64,000 bases of DNA from a virus, in IMG/VR virus record IMGVR_UViG_3300046170_000470. One strand, 5' to 3'. The translations under genes and the position numbers were made by a program. Of the stretch, positions 39,101-49,391 are shown piece by piece (positions within the stretch are counted from its first letter, which is position 1; every line of letters begins with the position of its first letter). Below the pieces are notes generated by a model, which was not told the origin of the DNA, ran no database searches, and saw only the letters and a program-made list of their open reading frames with translations.

Positions 39101-40184
39101 GACTATAAAAGTAGATAGTGTAGAATTAGATTGGATGGGTAATATTGGACTTAGTATGGATGACCCAAATATAGTCCCTGTTAGTCAATTATCAACTCCA
39201 ACAAATAACGTTTGGAGTTATCCTAATAACAACCAACCCTTTCAAATAAGTTTTCATAGTGACATAACCAGTATGGTAGAACAAGCAGGAGTAACTTGGA
39301 ACCATGCTAAAAGTATGCCTGGCAGTTATGATGGGAATACTGTAGGTACTTCAAAATATAGATGGAGAATTAAATTATCCTTAAAAGAAGGTGTTTCTGG
39401 GAATAATTTATCACAAAAAGATTTTATAAGATGGAAAGTTGATGGGGAAATTAATCATATTATGACCCATGATGATCACTATGGAGGTAGAAAAAGAGGA
39501 TTTTTCCCTGATGTACCCAATGGAAGTGACGAGGCGGGTAATGCTATTGTAACAATGAAAGTAGTAGGTGATAATACTCAAGCTGCTTCAACTACAAATA
39601 ATGCAACACCTGATTATTGGGTATTTTCTGGAAGTAGCCGTGATACATTATTATGTTCCTCTTCCATACTAAATCAAACTTATGGTCAAAATTATTACCA
39701 AGGTGATTTAATATACAATGGATCAGTTACTGGTTCTCAACCTACAGAATCAATTGGAGGAGCATTAAATCCTGATTTTCCATATAATAGGGAACCTTTA
39801 TTTATACAAATGGGATCTGTTAAAAACCCATGGGAAATCTACCCCGGGGATGAAATTAGATTTGAAAATAAAGAATCATATGCTAGAGAAATCAAACAAA
39901 TATTTGCCCCAGGAGAATCTGGGGATGTTATTGGGGGTTATCCAGCTTTAAAAATAAAATTAAATGAAGATCTTAATGGAAGTATAGATTTAAATCATTT
40001 TATAATAAGAAGATATGATGAAGCTAAAAATATTGTGATTATGGATCAACAAAAACCCTATGGGATTCCATTATCTGCTTCCACATCACCAGGTATTCTT
40101 AAACCAGAATTTGTTGTAGATAAATTAGACATAGAACCTGAAAAAATATTTGGTGAATTAATTGATAAGAAAATATTAGATTAA
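36117..40184 (+). CDS. large virion structural protein (1355 aa)
   Basis: ORF track; S/T/N-rich; tail context. Confidence 0.75.
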   Translation: MSLDYYQIFNDSADTKAFAYTSGSVSPGNTFTIEITGNSSSIIESYIQPYNLVLGTSEQEFLSDSFFPSTPGNAWLWNDGNKVKYIKIHHTSINDQSIAPYINSTNIISFYLDSAVNSLGNYLHGEDVQEVEDYALNNSTPYPQSYSLLVIDQNNPITSTAVASSNADNINYNFFASGSYTWYATSSGKTEEPVASSGFSSSLAQGFFPKNLEDFGDEQFFRGWNNANYYVQGNLIETTGFLSDVLLQFNTGSTERDYDVNNPYQHSVLPFFIDSPYSLELIDNTNFSAYNTQNRVVQIGPRFIYSASISNYGDDEFDGIGVYDGVDETGELTYYYKEDTNEILVSDPDGIINNPKSETVLYEAINNHKLISLNNAQTYTTEEGRDIIIGANNELWLYRGKQPIGTGDTNAWNYNRYLHRPYKIYLVTQLGPNGVSSNIKEAHIAFSSSLASDRPLDGTYVFNSSLNQDVELTASVTLTASHYGSGYDLATYDSSDEYDEINPPLSLVTWETASLRLYQGNVNNNGFILASSSIYINDVNTDNKLFLSHSISSNAINVGDAFRLALFVDTSSQSTPINSALIATEYDMKISASLPDASDLVPTYLDNILQVSDDCDPTSGNAVASNPNHILMDVDYSSEYSGSLSPINFNQIMDRTATKATVPDWNYTHTSIVSGRYEGKQLQSQRYNVYSSNDIMLLGKVSSIDYKNAYVGYFSKIIDPYPVLNNKTAYYIKYLIDDQGNLLDPSLSDANYHNLLGVFSPNEERIGNNNAPKPTMAAGIVNNPGSSNELMKLEDLSDVFKVGYYPSPILYSQTSSVDYIGDANLGSGIPLTGSSYLQSLSDYSDYAFTLTGLVPNSQSTEIKRGYRYITDNFPMPQNVTYQGPSATSSFFYDGADHAPDFTGTIPYIYFSDTSATGSGIGGEGDWNGNPPTSSGGDLSDVYIPSIDYTFYTTGLPKRKTYSWLSGTSTHQRDFGDIFFYLQKDDNANFTTPQNMTIKVDSVELDWMGNIGLSMDDPNIVPVSQLSTPTNNVWSYPNNNQPFQISFHSDITSMVEQAGVTWNHAKSMPGSYDGNTVGTSKYRWRIKLSLKEGVSGNNLSQKDFIRWKVDGEINHIMTHDDHYGGRKRGFFPDVPNGSDEAGNAIVTMKVVGDNTQAASTTNNATPDYWVFSGSSRDTLLCSSSILNQTYGQNYYQGDLIYNGSVTGSQPTESIGGALNPDFPYNREPLFIQMGSVKNPWEIYPGDEIRFENKESYAREIKQIFAPGESGDVIGGYPALKIKLNEDLNGSIDLNHFIIRRYDEAKNIVIMDQQKPYGIPLSASTSPGILKPEFVVDKLDIEPEKIFGELIDKKILD

Positions 40185-40185
40185 C

Positions 40186-40195
40186 ATATTTATAA
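40186..40195 (+). promoter_or_regulatory. late promoter motif ATATTTATAA
   Basis: Intergenic, before 40215. Confidence 0.7.
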
Positions 40196-40214
40196 CATAT
40201 AATTATATAACAAA

Positions 40215-40871
40215 ATGGGATACTTAAACAATTCAGTAGTAACAGTAGATGCTATCTTAACTAAAAAAGGTAGAGAATTGTTAGCTAGAAACGATGGTTC
40301 TTTTAGAATTACACAATTTGCCCTAGCTGATGATGAGATCGATTATACCTTATTTAATCCTTCTCACCCCTCTGGTTCTGCATTTTATGGTGAAGCAATT
40401 GATGGAATGCCTTTATTAGAAGCATTTCCAGATGAAAGCCAAATTATGAAATATAAACTAGCAACTTTACCAAGAGGCACAGCTAAATTACCTATATTAA
40501 ACTTAGGTTATTCTGCTATTACTTTAAAACAAGGAGCTTCATTAGCAATTACTCCTCAAACTTTAAATTATCTAGATAACGAACAAACATTTGAAACAAG
40601 TGGTTATTCGGCTACTATTGCAGATGTCCGTTTATTAGCTGAATATTCTGGTTTAGGTATTAATACTGAAGCTGCTACTACACAAAATACACAATCTACA
40701 TTAGGTACTAATGTGTCTAAAACAGTTATAGGATCTCAAATTAATTTAAGATCTACAACTATCAATACTTTATTTGGAAATCAAACTTCTTTAGTAACAA
40801 CATTAACTGTTGTAGGTTTAGATAGTGGAGCTAGAATCACTATCCCTGTAACAATAAACAAAACAACATAA
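40215..40871 (+). CDS. baseplate/fibre-attachment protein
   Basis: AILTKKGRELLA…ITQFALAD resembles the DUF3751 N-terminal part. Confidence 0.6.
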   Translation: MGYLNNSVVTVDAILTKKGRELLARNDGSFRITQFALADDEIDYTLFNPSHPSGSAFYGEAIDGMPLLEAFPDESQIMKYKLATLPRGTAKLPILNLGYSAITLKQGASLAITPQTLNYLDNEQTFETSGYSATIADVRLLAEYSGLGINTEAATTQNTQSTLGTNVSKTVIGSQINLRSTTINTLFGNQTSLVTTLTVVGLDSGARITIPVTINKTT

Positions 40872-40877
40872 TAAGCT

Positions 40878-41894
40878 ATGGGATTTAAAAGATTAGAAGC
40901 CGAAGACTTTTTAGTTAGTTCAGATACAGTATCCTCAACTTTATGGACCAATGGTGATGCTACTTTACATACTTTTACAACATCATCTACCCAAGAACAA
41001 GATAGATCAGGTAAATATTATTTAAGTGTATTTAATACTTCATCTGAATATAATGGTCAAATACAATTTGATATAGCATTTGGTGATGAAAATGGAAGAG
41101 GAACTACTGCTTACAACTCAACTGTTGATGCTTCAAGAACCTATAGTAAAACTATTTATGGTCAATATAGAACTTTAATATTAGAAGATGAAAGTGCTAA
41201 ATTTCATTTTGGTAACGTTGAACAAAGTAATTTTTATGTTTTAAATATGTCAAGAGCTAGGTATAAAGAGAAATTATTGCCTGGTTCATTTAATTTAACA
41301 TTAAGTGGAAGTGATTCTGGTAACCCTGCACTACAATTAACAGATAATTCAAGGGATGTAAATTTACCTAATTATTATGGTACTCAAAGAGCATATCAAA
41401 TTGTAAGTGGATCAAATGGTAATGCTTATAGTGGAACAGGATATACTTCAGATTCAGGATCCTATGGTTTATTTTTACCTGATACTGGAACAATAATGTT
41501 AAATGCCGCAGCTCTAGATCTAAATAATATTGAAGGAATTAATTTAAGTTCAAGTTTAGAGGCAAATTTCACAGGTGATAATCCACAAAAATTATATAAA
41601 GCCATTTCAGGTAGTGGTGCCTTTACCTTAAATTCAGAAGAAACTATTTCATCAGATTATATATTTGTTAGAGCAAGAAACTCAGAATTTAATTATTCAG
41701 AAAACCCAAGTTTTATTTCAGGCTCAACAGGAGAAGTAATCTATAGTTATTTTATTAACAACCCACAAGTATACCCAACATCAATTGGTTTATATAATGA
41801 TTCAAATGAATTATTAGCAGTAGCTAAATTATCAAGACCTTTACGTAAAGACTTTACAAAAGAAGCTCTTATTAGAGTTAAACTAGATTTTTAA
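40878..41894 (+). CDS. baseplate/fibre-attachment protein
   Basis: C-terminal TSIGLYNDSNELLAVAKLSRP. Confidence 0.6.
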   Translation: MGFKRLEAEDFLVSSDTVSSTLWTNGDATLHTFTTSSTQEQDRSGKYYLSVFNTSSEYNGQIQFDIAFGDENGRGTTAYNSTVDASRTYSKTIYGQYRTLILEDESAKFHFGNVEQSNFYVLNMSRARYKEKLLPGSFNLTLSGSDSGNPALQLTDNSRDVNLPNYYGTQRAYQIVSGSNGNAYSGTGYTSDSGSYGLFLPDTGTIMLNAAALDLNNIEGINLSSSLEANFTGDNPQKLYKAISGSGAFTLNSEETISSDYIFVRARNSEFNYSENPSFISGSTGEVIYSYFINNPQVYPTSIGLYNDSNELLAVAKLSRPLRKDFTKEALIRVKLDF

Positions 41895-41899
41895 AATGA

Positions 41900-42955
41900 A
41901 TGGGCGCTTTCAAAACTTTAACTTCGAAAGATTTTGTAATAGCCCCTTTAGAGCTAAATAAAGGATTTAGGTTTGAAGGGAGTGATGCTCTTATATCCTC
42001 CTCAGTTGAAATAGATAGATTCTTAGGGGGTGAATCATCAATTAATGATCCAACAGGACATCTTCTTATTATGTCCCAATCTTCTGTTTATCATTCTATA
42101 AAACAATTATATTATTCAAATTACATTTCGGGTAGTAATGGAAATGTTCAAACTGCTTTCACTCAATCTGAAAATACAGATGGTACTTTTGATGGGCTAT
42201 TCCCTTCAAATGCATATATAAATTTTGAACCATCTAATTTAGATCCTAAAAGGTATTTTCCTACTAGTTCTTATAATACTTTTCAATTAGAAGGAGGGGT
42301 ATATGGAGAAGCTTTGTATGATATTGATTCGTATAGTAGTATAGTTGTAACCCCTAAAATTGGGGTTATGTCTGTTCCAAAATATATGTTCGGAGATTTC
42401 CTTCAACCCAATTCTATATCTATTAGTACCTCAAGTGGAAGCTATAAAGATGATGGGGAAGGAAGATTACAAAGAATAAATAGTGATGGTAGTTTAATAT
42501 ATGTAGGTAATGTAATTTATGAACATGGGATGGTCATACTTACAGGAGGTACAAGAACTGAATCTACTGGTGAACTCGGGGGGGAATATGATGAAAGTGA
42601 ATATGGTAATGGAATTTATGGGGGTAGAACAGTAGGTAATAATGATATCTTTAATTTTGTAAGAGATACTAATATTACTTGTTCATTCTCAAGTTCATAC
42701 ACTATATATGAAACACAATATAAATGTACTATAGGTGAAAGTGAATTCAATTTATCTCAAAATCCAAGTATATCCTCTGGTTCAAATGGGTTACTATTAG
42801 ATTTTGCAAAAGAAGATTATTTTTCTCCCTATATTACATCTATAGGTTTATATAATGACCAACGTGATCTATTAGCTATTGCTAAATTATCCCAACCTTT
42901 AGCTACATCAACAACAACAGACACATCCATTTTAATAAACCTTGACAGACAATAA
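41900..42955 (+). CDS. paralog of the preceding protein
   Basis: C-terminal TSIGLYNDQRDLLAIAKLSQP; EFN.S.NPS shared. Confidence 0.6.
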   Translation: MGAFKTLTSKDFVIAPLELNKGFRFEGSDALISSSVEIDRFLGGESSINDPTGHLLIMSQSSVYHSIKQLYYSNYISGSNGNVQTAFTQSENTDGTFDGLFPSNAYINFEPSNLDPKRYFPTSSYNTFQLEGGVYGEALYDIDSYSSIVVTPKIGVMSVPKYMFGDFLQPNSISISTSSGSYKDDGEGRLQRINSDGSLIYVGNVIYEHGMVILTGGTRTESTGELGGEYDESEYGNGIYGGRTVGNNDIFNFVRDTNITCSFSSSYTIYETQYKCTIGESEFNLSQNPSISSGSNGLLLDFAKEDYFSPYITSIGLYNDQRDLLAIAKLSQPLATSTTTDTSILINLDRQ

Positions 42956-42963
42956 AAAACCAT

Positions 42964-42973
42964 ATATTTATAA
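42964..42973 (+). promoter_or_regulatory. late promoter motif ATATTTATAA
   Basis: Intergenic, before 42992. Confidence 0.7.
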
Positions 42974-42991
42974 CAAAATACTGAAGACAAA

Positions 42992-45058
42992 ATGGCCAAA
43001 CAACTCAATTATTCTGGATCTGCATTAAATAATGCAATTTCCCCAGGTTTAACTATACGCGCAGACCATGTTACTCAATCTATAGATGCTTTTACAGGTG
43101 CTGAAGATTATGATATCACAATATCAGGATCTTTTGGAGTAACTGGACCAACTAGTTTAACTGGTTCTTTATCTGTATCTGGACTCACAGAAGCTTCCGA
43201 TGGTGCTAATACAGTAATGTGGGACTCATCAACAAATCAATTATTTTTCACCGGTTCTTATGGTGAAAGTAGTATTAATACCTCATCAGGTTCCTCAGGT
43301 TCCTCAGGTTCTTCTGGTTCATCAGGAGAAAATGGAACCCACGGTTCTTCAGGCTCATCAGGATCATCAGGTGTAAGTGGTTCTTCAGGCTCATCAGGTT
43401 CTTCTGGTTCATCAGGAGTTAATGGAGGTAATGGAACACATGGTTCCTCAGGCTCATCCGGAGAAAACGGAACACATGGCTCTTCAGGCTCTTCAGGCTC
43501 TTCAGGCTCAAGCGGCACAAGTGGCTCTTCAGGAGAAAACGGAACACATGGCTCTTCAGGCTCTTCAGGAGAAAATGGAACCCACGGTTCTTCAGGCTCT
43601 TCAGGATCATCAGGTGAAAGTGGAACACACGGCTCTTCAGGCTCAAGTGGTTCATCAGGCTCAAGTGGGTCAAGTGGCTCATCAGGAGTTAATGGAGGTA
43701 ATGGAACACATGGCTCTTCAGGCTCTTCAGGAGAAAATGGAACCCACGGTTCTTCAGGCTCTTCAGGTTCATCAGGCGAAAATGGAACACATGGCTCTTC
43801 AGGCTCAAGTGGTTCATCAGGTTCATCTGGCCCAGCAATAGAAATTCTTGATGAAAGTACATCTTTAACAACAAGTGTTACATCTATAGATTTTCAAGGT
43901 GATGGTGTTGAAGCAACTACTACTAATGGTGACGTAATAGTAACTATTTCAGGGGGTGGTTCAGGCTCTGGCTCAAGTGGCTCTTCAGGCTCAAGCGGTT
44001 CATCAGGCGCAAACGGTTCATCAGGCTCAAGCGGCTCATCAGGCTCATCAGGTGAAAATGGAACACACGGTTCTTCAGGCTCATCTGGAGAAAATGGAAC
44101 CCACGGTTCTTCAGGCTCTTCAGGATCATCTGGAGAAAATGGAACACATGGCTCTTCAGGTTCATCAGGCGAAAATGGAACACATGGCTCTTCAGGATCA
44201 TCAGGTGAAAATGGAACACATGGCTCTTCAGGATCATCTGGAGAAAATGGAACCCATGGCTCGTCAGGCTCAAGTGGTTCATCAGGCGAAAATGGAACAC
44301 ATGGCTCTTCAGGATCATCTGGAGAAAACGGAACACACGGCTCGTCAGGCTCTTCAGGTTCATCAGGCGAAAATGGAACACATGGCTCATCAGGATCAAG
44401 TGGTTCATCAGGAGTAAATGGTGGTGGAGGTGGAGGTATCTCTACTGTATTAAATAATACAATTAGATATGAAGCTTATAGTTCTACTAATGATAAAGTG
44501 GAAATATTATCTACAGGTACATTATATACAGGTTTATCTTGGAGTAGAAGCTCAACTACTGTAACTGTTACTTCTACTTCTCACGGTTTATCTAATGGTG
44601 ATTATATTGTAGTAAGAAATGGTGCCGATGATTATTTATATGCTAGTATTACTTATATAGATGCTAACTCATTTTCTTACACTTCAGGTACTTCTGGAAC
44701 TGCTTCTGGTACAGATGGAGCATATGTAGTTGCAGCAGAAGTAACAACATATTCTTCTTCAGGGTGTACTATAGCTTGTGCTTCAGGTGGGGATGTTCAA
44801 ATAATTAGTATAAAAGCTACTTCATCAGGTTCATCAACATTTACAATCACAATGCCCACTAGCATAAGTAATGGAGCAGGTGCAAACACCAGTAGATATA
44901 ATCTTAACCCACCAATTATAGCTGTATTTGCTGATGGTGGGGGGTACAATGCGAATGGTACTGTTTCTATAAATACTATTAGCAACTTTAACCAATTCCA
45001 AGTAGGAGGGTTAACAACAGGTTTTAGTGGTTATAGTGTAATAAGAGCTACTTTTTAG
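42992..45058 (+). CDS. Gly-Ser-Ser collagen-like fibre protein 1
   Basis: Two long (GSS)n/GENGTH Gly-X-Y tracts; C-terminal beta domain. Confidence 0.8.
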   Translation: MAKQLNYSGSALNNAISPGLTIRADHVTQSIDAFTGAEDYDITISGSFGVTGPTSLTGSLSVSGLTEASDGANTVMWDSSTNQLFFTGSYGESSINTSSGSSGSSGSSGSSGENGTHGSSGSSGSSGVSGSSGSSGSSGSSGVNGGNGTHGSSGSSGENGTHGSSGSSGSSGSSGTSGSSGENGTHGSSGSSGENGTHGSSGSSGSSGESGTHGSSGSSGSSGSSGSSGSSGVNGGNGTHGSSGSSGENGTHGSSGSSGSSGENGTHGSSGSSGSSGSSGPAIEILDESTSLTTSVTSIDFQGDGVEATTTNGDVIVTISGGGSGSGSSGSSGSSGSSGANGSSGSSGSSGSSGENGTHGSSGSSGENGTHGSSGSSGSSGENGTHGSSGSSGENGTHGSSGSSGENGTHGSSGSSGENGTHGSSGSSGSSGENGTHGSSGSSGENGTHGSSGSSGSSGENGTHGSSGSSGSSGVNGGGGGGISTVLNNTIRYEAYSSTNDKVEILSTGTLYTGLSWSRSSTTVTVTSTSHGLSNGDYIVVRNGADDYLYASITYIDANSFSYTSGTSGTASGTDGAYVVAAEVTTYSSSGCTIACASGGDVQIISIKATSSGSSTFTITMPTSISNGAGANTSRYNLNPPIIAVFADGGGYNANGTVSINTISNFNQFQVGGLTTGFSGYSVIRATF

Positions 45059-45083
45059 TAAATTACAATATATTAAAATTATT

Positions 45084-45114
45084 AAATCCTCCATATTGGG
45101 GGATTTTTTTTTTT
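45084..45114 (+). terminator. intrinsic terminator
   Basis: AAATCCTCCA-TAT-TGGGGGATTT followed by a T-run. Confidence 0.8.
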
Positions 45115-45124
45115 ATATTTATAA
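45115..45124 (+). promoter_or_regulatory. late promoter motif ATATTTATAA
   Basis: Directly after the terminator. Confidence 0.7.
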
Positions 45125-45160
45125 TAAAATATTCATATTTGCAAATTAAATATTTAAAAC

Positions 45161-48100
45161 ATGGCTAACCAACCTTTTTACGGTAAATTATCTTTTGCTA
45201 CCCCTACAAGTCTTAATGTAAGTGCTTTTTATGGTGATACTACTTCAGGAGATAGGTGGATTACAAATATTTCCACCTACCCAGGATACGATAAAGACTT
45301 ACTAATAGTAGGATTAGAATTAAATGACGTAGGAGGTAATTTTGGGGGAAGCATTCCTATAATCACCACAGTTGATTTGGGTAATAATAGAGTAGAGGTT
45401 AATATAGCAGCTACCACCACCACTGCATCCCCCGGGATTTTTGCTGCTTCTACCCCTAGTGGGATATACTTTTTCCCCTCAGCATCACTTACAGATCTTA
45501 ATTTAGAAATTGGTGTTAATGATATTACAGGAAGCTTAGATACAGATTTTCAAGAAGGGGATACTAAATATATTATAATAGGTCAAGCTGCTAGTACTGG
45601 TGGTACTATTAAATATGGTAGATTTCATCAATATGTAATTTCTGAAGTAAAATATAGAGGGAGCTCTGATTTATCCTTTTATATAACTTGGGATGAAGAA
45701 GGAACTGAAAGTGGTTATGGGGATAAATTATATGGTGGTTCAAACCAAACACTTCCTATAACATCACTAACCCCTAGTGAATCTTTAGCCCCAATATTTA
45801 CCCGAGCTTTATCAGGATTTGGTGATTTAGCTATTGGGTCTGATATAGCTGCTTACCAAATAGCACTAAATAATTTTTTTGATACAGCTTTAGTCGATAT
45901 ATATTCAGGTAGCGACCTAATTCAAGGTAATGCTGATTTTATAAAATTTACGGGTTCAGGAGTTGAAAGTATTGAAGTATCTTCAAGTGGAGATAATACA
46001 GGAGTTACTGTTACTATCCAAGGTGGTGGTGGGGCAGACACAGATTGGTTTGAAGGCGACACATATTTAAGTGCATCAAAAGATGTCCTTATTACAGGTA
46101 GCCTAAATGTATCTGGCAGCGCTGAAATAACTGGATCTACCAGTATACTTGGAGATTTAACCGTTGAGGGTACAGGATCTTTTAGTGTAATACATACAAT
46201 ATACGAAACCTCTTCAATTATATATGCTAGCGGTTCAACCAAATTTGGGGACACATTAGATGACACACACCAACTTACAGGTTCTGTTGGTATAACTGGG
46301 TCCCTATCTATAAAAGATTTAGAAGAAGATAATTCATTAACTAAAACCTTAGTAATAGATGATGAAGGCTTAATAAAATATTCAACATCCGGAGGAAACC
46401 ATAGTAGTGGTACTTCAGGCTCATCAGGCTCATCAGGCTCAAGTGGCTCATCAGGCTCAAGTGGCTCATCAGGTGAAAATGGTACCCACGGATCATCAGG
46501 CAGCTCAGGTTCATCAGGTGAAAACGGAACACATGGTTCATCAGGCTCAAGTGGCTCATCAGGTGAAAACGGAACACATGGCTCATCAGGCTCAAGTGGC
46601 TCATCTGGAAGCTCAGGTTCATCAGGTGAAAACGGAACACACGGCTCATCAGGCTCAAGTGGCTCATCTGGAAGCTCAGGTTCATCAGGTGAAAACGGAA
46701 CACACGGCTCATCAGGCTCAAGTGGCTCATCAGGCGAAAACGGAACACATGGTTCATCAGGCTCAAGTGGCTCATCAGGCGAAAACGGAACACATGGTTC
46801 ATCAGGTTCATCAGGATCAAGCGGTTCATCTGGAAGCTCAGGCTCATCTGGAGAAAATGGAACCCACGGCTCTTCAGGCTCGTCAGGATCATCAGGTGAA
46901 AATGGAACACACGGCTCTTCAGGCTCAAGTGGTTCATCAGGAGTAAATGGTTCCTCAGGTTCCTCAGGCTCAAGTGGCTCATCAGGATCAAGCGGTTCAT
47001 CAGGAGTAAATGGTTCCTCAGGTTCCTCAGGCTCAAGTGGCTCATCAGGATCAAGCGGTTCATCAGGAGTAAATGGTTCCTCAGGTTCCTCAGGCTCAAG
47101 TGGCTCATCAGGATCAAGCGGTTCATCAGGCTCAAGTGGTTCATCAGGAGTAAATGGTTCCTCAGGTTCCTCAGGCTCAAGCGGTTCATCAGGTTCAAGC
47201 GGTACTTCAGGTCTTTTAGATTTAAGTGGTAGTTTAGAAAACGGTTTAATCACTTATGATGGTGATGGAACTGGAACTATTGAATCTAATGCTTCATTTG
47301 ATGGAAATACTTTAACAATTACAGGTAGCTTAATATTAACAGATACTGCTTCTATTGGTTATCTTGAAACAATATACGAAATCTTCATCTATAATATATA
47401 GTTCAGGTTCAACCAAATTTGGGGATACATTAGATGATACCCATGAATATACAGGTAGTGTAACAATTACAGGTTCTTTAGGAGTATTAGATCTTGAAGA
47501 AATGCCAACCGAAACTGCAACTGTTGTAGTTAATAGTGATGGTACATTTGGATATAGAAATAATGCTGCTAGTTCAGGTTCAAGTGGCAGTTCAGGTTCA
47601 TCAGGCGAAAATGGAACACATGGATCTTCAGGCTCAAGTGGTTCTTCAGGATCTTCAGGCAGCTCAGGCTCATCAGGCAGCTCAGGCTCTTCAGGCTCAA
47701 GCGGCTCATCAGGCTCATCAGGCGCAAACGGTTCATCAGGCTCAAGCGGCTCATCAGGCTCATCAGGTTCATCTGGAACTAGTGGCTCATCAGGCAGCTC
47801 AGGCTCATCAGGAGTTAATGGAGGTAATGGAACACATGGTTCATCAGGCTCATCAGGCTCATCAGGGTCAAGCGGCACTTCAGGATCAAGCGGTTCAAGT
47901 GGCTCATCAGGAGTTAATGGAGGTAATGGAACACATGGTTCTTCAGGTTCATCAGGCTCTTCAGGAGCAAATGGAACACATGGTTCTTCAGGCTCTTCAG
48001 GATCATCAGGCTCAAGTGGCTCATCAGGTTCAAGCGGCTCAAGCGGCTCTTCAGGAAAAAATGGCTCATCAGGCTCTTCTGGTTCATCAGGAGAAAATGG

Positions 48101-49370
48101 AACACACGGCTCCTCAGGTAGCTCAGGCTCATCAGGTACTTCTGGAGAAAGTTTAGGGGGAGGGTATATCCATACTCAATTAGCCTCCTCAAGTTTATGG
48201 GAAGTAACTCACAGTTTAAATACAAGACCTTTAAATGTAGATGTATATAACTCAGGATACCAAGCAATACTTACAGAATATGTAACATTCCCAGATGAAA
48301 ATACTGCTACAATTGAATTTAATGGAGATAGTGAAGCAGGATATGCAATATTCTCAAGTATTTCAGCCTCATATACCCAATCATTAGCCACATTAGATAT
48401 TGTAACAAATAATGGCAACACTACTACAAATGATATTACAGTTGGTGGTATAACTGCAAGTGGATTAACATACCCAGATACAGATGGTACAGAAGGCCAA
48501 GTATTAACTACGGATGGAGCTGGCAATTTAACATTTGAAACAATTGAAGATGTTTATGTAAGAGTTAAAAATGTATCAGGTACTACTTTATATAGAGGAA
48601 CTCCAGTTCATGCAACTTCCTCAGTATCTTCAGGGAATGCTACCCCTGTTATTGCAGCTTCAGCATCAGTTGCTACAACAATGCCTGCAACATTTGTAAT
48701 TTATGATGAATTTATAAATGATACAGATGAAGGTTTAGCTTTATTATCAGGATTTATCCAAGGAGTAGATACTTCTACATTTAAAGTAGGTGAGGTAGTA
48801 TATGTAGGTGAAAATAGTGGATTTACAAATGTTAAACCTACAGGATCAAATAATTTAATCCAAAACTTAGGTATAGTAACTAAAGTTCATGCCTCAAATG
48901 GTAGTGGATGGATTTATGGTTCAGGTAGATCAAATGATGTACCAAACCTACCAGAAGGAAAAATATGGGTTGGATCTAACACATATTCAGTAACTTCATC
49001 AATTTTCAGTTTAGATGAACCCAATAGTATAGCAACAGTAGATGGAGATTTAACTGTAATAGGAACAGGTTCATTTGGAACAATTCATACCATATATGAA
49101 ACAGCATCAATTATATACTCTAGTGGTTCAACTAAATTTGGAGATACATTAGATGATACCCATGTATTTACAGGATCAGTTAATATAACAGGATCTCTAG
49201 AAGTAACTGGAAGCCTAAATGTCTCAGGTAGTTTAATAGTTGATGGTCCAATTGTAAGTACAGTATTTGAAAATTCATATTCAAGTGATACGGAAGCAGG
49301 AGCAGCAGGAGTACCTATACATGGATTATATAGAAATGGAAATTTCTTATTTGTAAGATTAAATAGTTAA
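45161..49370 (+). CDS. Gly-Ser-Ser collagen-like fibre protein 2 (frameshift near 47380)
   Basis: 45161..47401 and 47355..49370 join within the repeated motif TIYETSSIIYSSGSTKFGDTLDDTH, present three times. Confidence 0.75.
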
Positions 49371-49391
49371 AAAAATAAATAAAAAAAAGAT

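Noticed and set aside
46190-49200. DGR template/variable repeat pair among the three STKFGDTLDDTH copies
   Set aside because: Differences are largely synonymous and not adenine-specific; no reverse transcriptase in the window.
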